From contig JAHQWG010000053.1 of assembly GCA_029856045.1 (NCBI GenBank), positions 10,021 to 74,020 of the forward strand: a stretch of 64,000 bases of DNA. The letters run 5' to 3'. This DNA is from Promethearchaeia archaeon. Its GTDB lineage: Archaea > Asgardarchaeota > Lokiarchaeia > Sigyniarchaeales > SOKP01. A model generated the notes under the pieces. The model made no database searches and was not told where the DNA came from. It saw nothing but the letters and a program-made list of their open reading frames with translations. This document shows, piece after piece, positions 63,448 to 64,000 of the stretch. The position numbers and the translations under genes are program-made. Within the stretch, counting starts at the first letter, position 1, and each line of letters opens with the position of its first letter.

Positions 63448-63711
63448 ATGCTCAATAAGATCTTAGAATTAAAAAAAATTCAAGGAAAATCAAGGAAATT
63501 TATTGGTGCTTTAACAACTGAACTTATAAGAACTGAATTGCTCAAACAACGATTTAATGTGAGTAATAGTAATGTTTTTTTTGAAGGAATTCCTAATGAA
63601 CTTGATTTTTTTGAGATTAAATTCAGAGGAGCTTATGGAAAAAACAAAAAAATTCAATTAAAGAAATATTCAATAATATTAAAAGAAAAAATGAGAATAG
63701 AGAATGTATAA
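63448..63711 (+). CDS. Hypothetical protein, possibly a fragment
   Basis: ORF only. Confidence 0.35.
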   Translation: MLNKILELKKIQGKSRKFIGALTTELIRTELLKQRFNVSNSNVFFEGIPNELDFFEIKFRGAYGKNKKIQLKKYSIILKEKMRIENV

Positions 63712-64000
63712 TTAATACAATTTTTATAAAATTTTTTTTTGCTTCAAATTCGCTGGAGTAGGAATCGTGGCTTTGGATGCACTTGATAGAAAAATATTAA
63801 ATATAGGACAAATTGATTTTTTTAGTCCCTTATAAATAAAATATTAAATATTTTTTTTATCGCAATTATGGATATATTAATTTTTTAGGAATTAGATGTT
63901 AAAAAATTGAAGGAAAAAATTGGACATTTTTCAGGAAACAGAAGATTAGATACATCCACTTTTAAAGAGTCCGATCGTGATACTGAAACGAGTAGAGAGA

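Noticed and set aside
63892-64000. Open frame running off the right edge (LDVKKLKEKIGHFSG...)
   Set aside because: Too short and truncated to call.

Overview
This is an AT-rich archaeal chromosomal window, most likely from an Asgard archaeon of the Lokiarchaeia type. That is an inference from the archaeal-type DnaK, the thiolase+DUF35 pair, a DUF106/EMC3-like protein, UroD-family and GPH-transporter paralogs, TATA-like promoters, GAGGT/GGTGA ribosome-binding sites and T-tract terminators. The left half is mostly lipid/organic-acid catabolism and transport: FAD/Fe-S oxidoreductase, penicillin-acylase family, acyl-CoA synthetase, HAD, thiolase, a heterodimeric ABC exporter, two GPH transporters around a UroD-family enzyme, and a three-gene GlpA-like operon. 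It is followed by an orphan DNA methyltransferase, AlaX + cysteine desulfidase, a VapBC pair, a grpE-dnaK-dnaJ-clpB operon, msrB/msrA and iorAB. I saw no rRNA, tRNA, CRISPR array or intact transposase/integrase. The most notable signals that the ORF track does not explain are six. (1) A ~5 kb integrase-less island bracketed by a duplicated 3' end of an NYN-nuclease gene and carrying direct copies of a 76-bp element built of 20-bp phased units ending in TCACA. (2) At least two genes that appear to start at ATT behind correctly spaced SD motifs. (3) Recurrent orphan gene 3'-end scars, including two from acyl-CoA ligases. (4) A Mini-III-like RNase III. (5) An out-of-context EMC3/TMCO1-family paralog. 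(6) Several unannotated small proteins.
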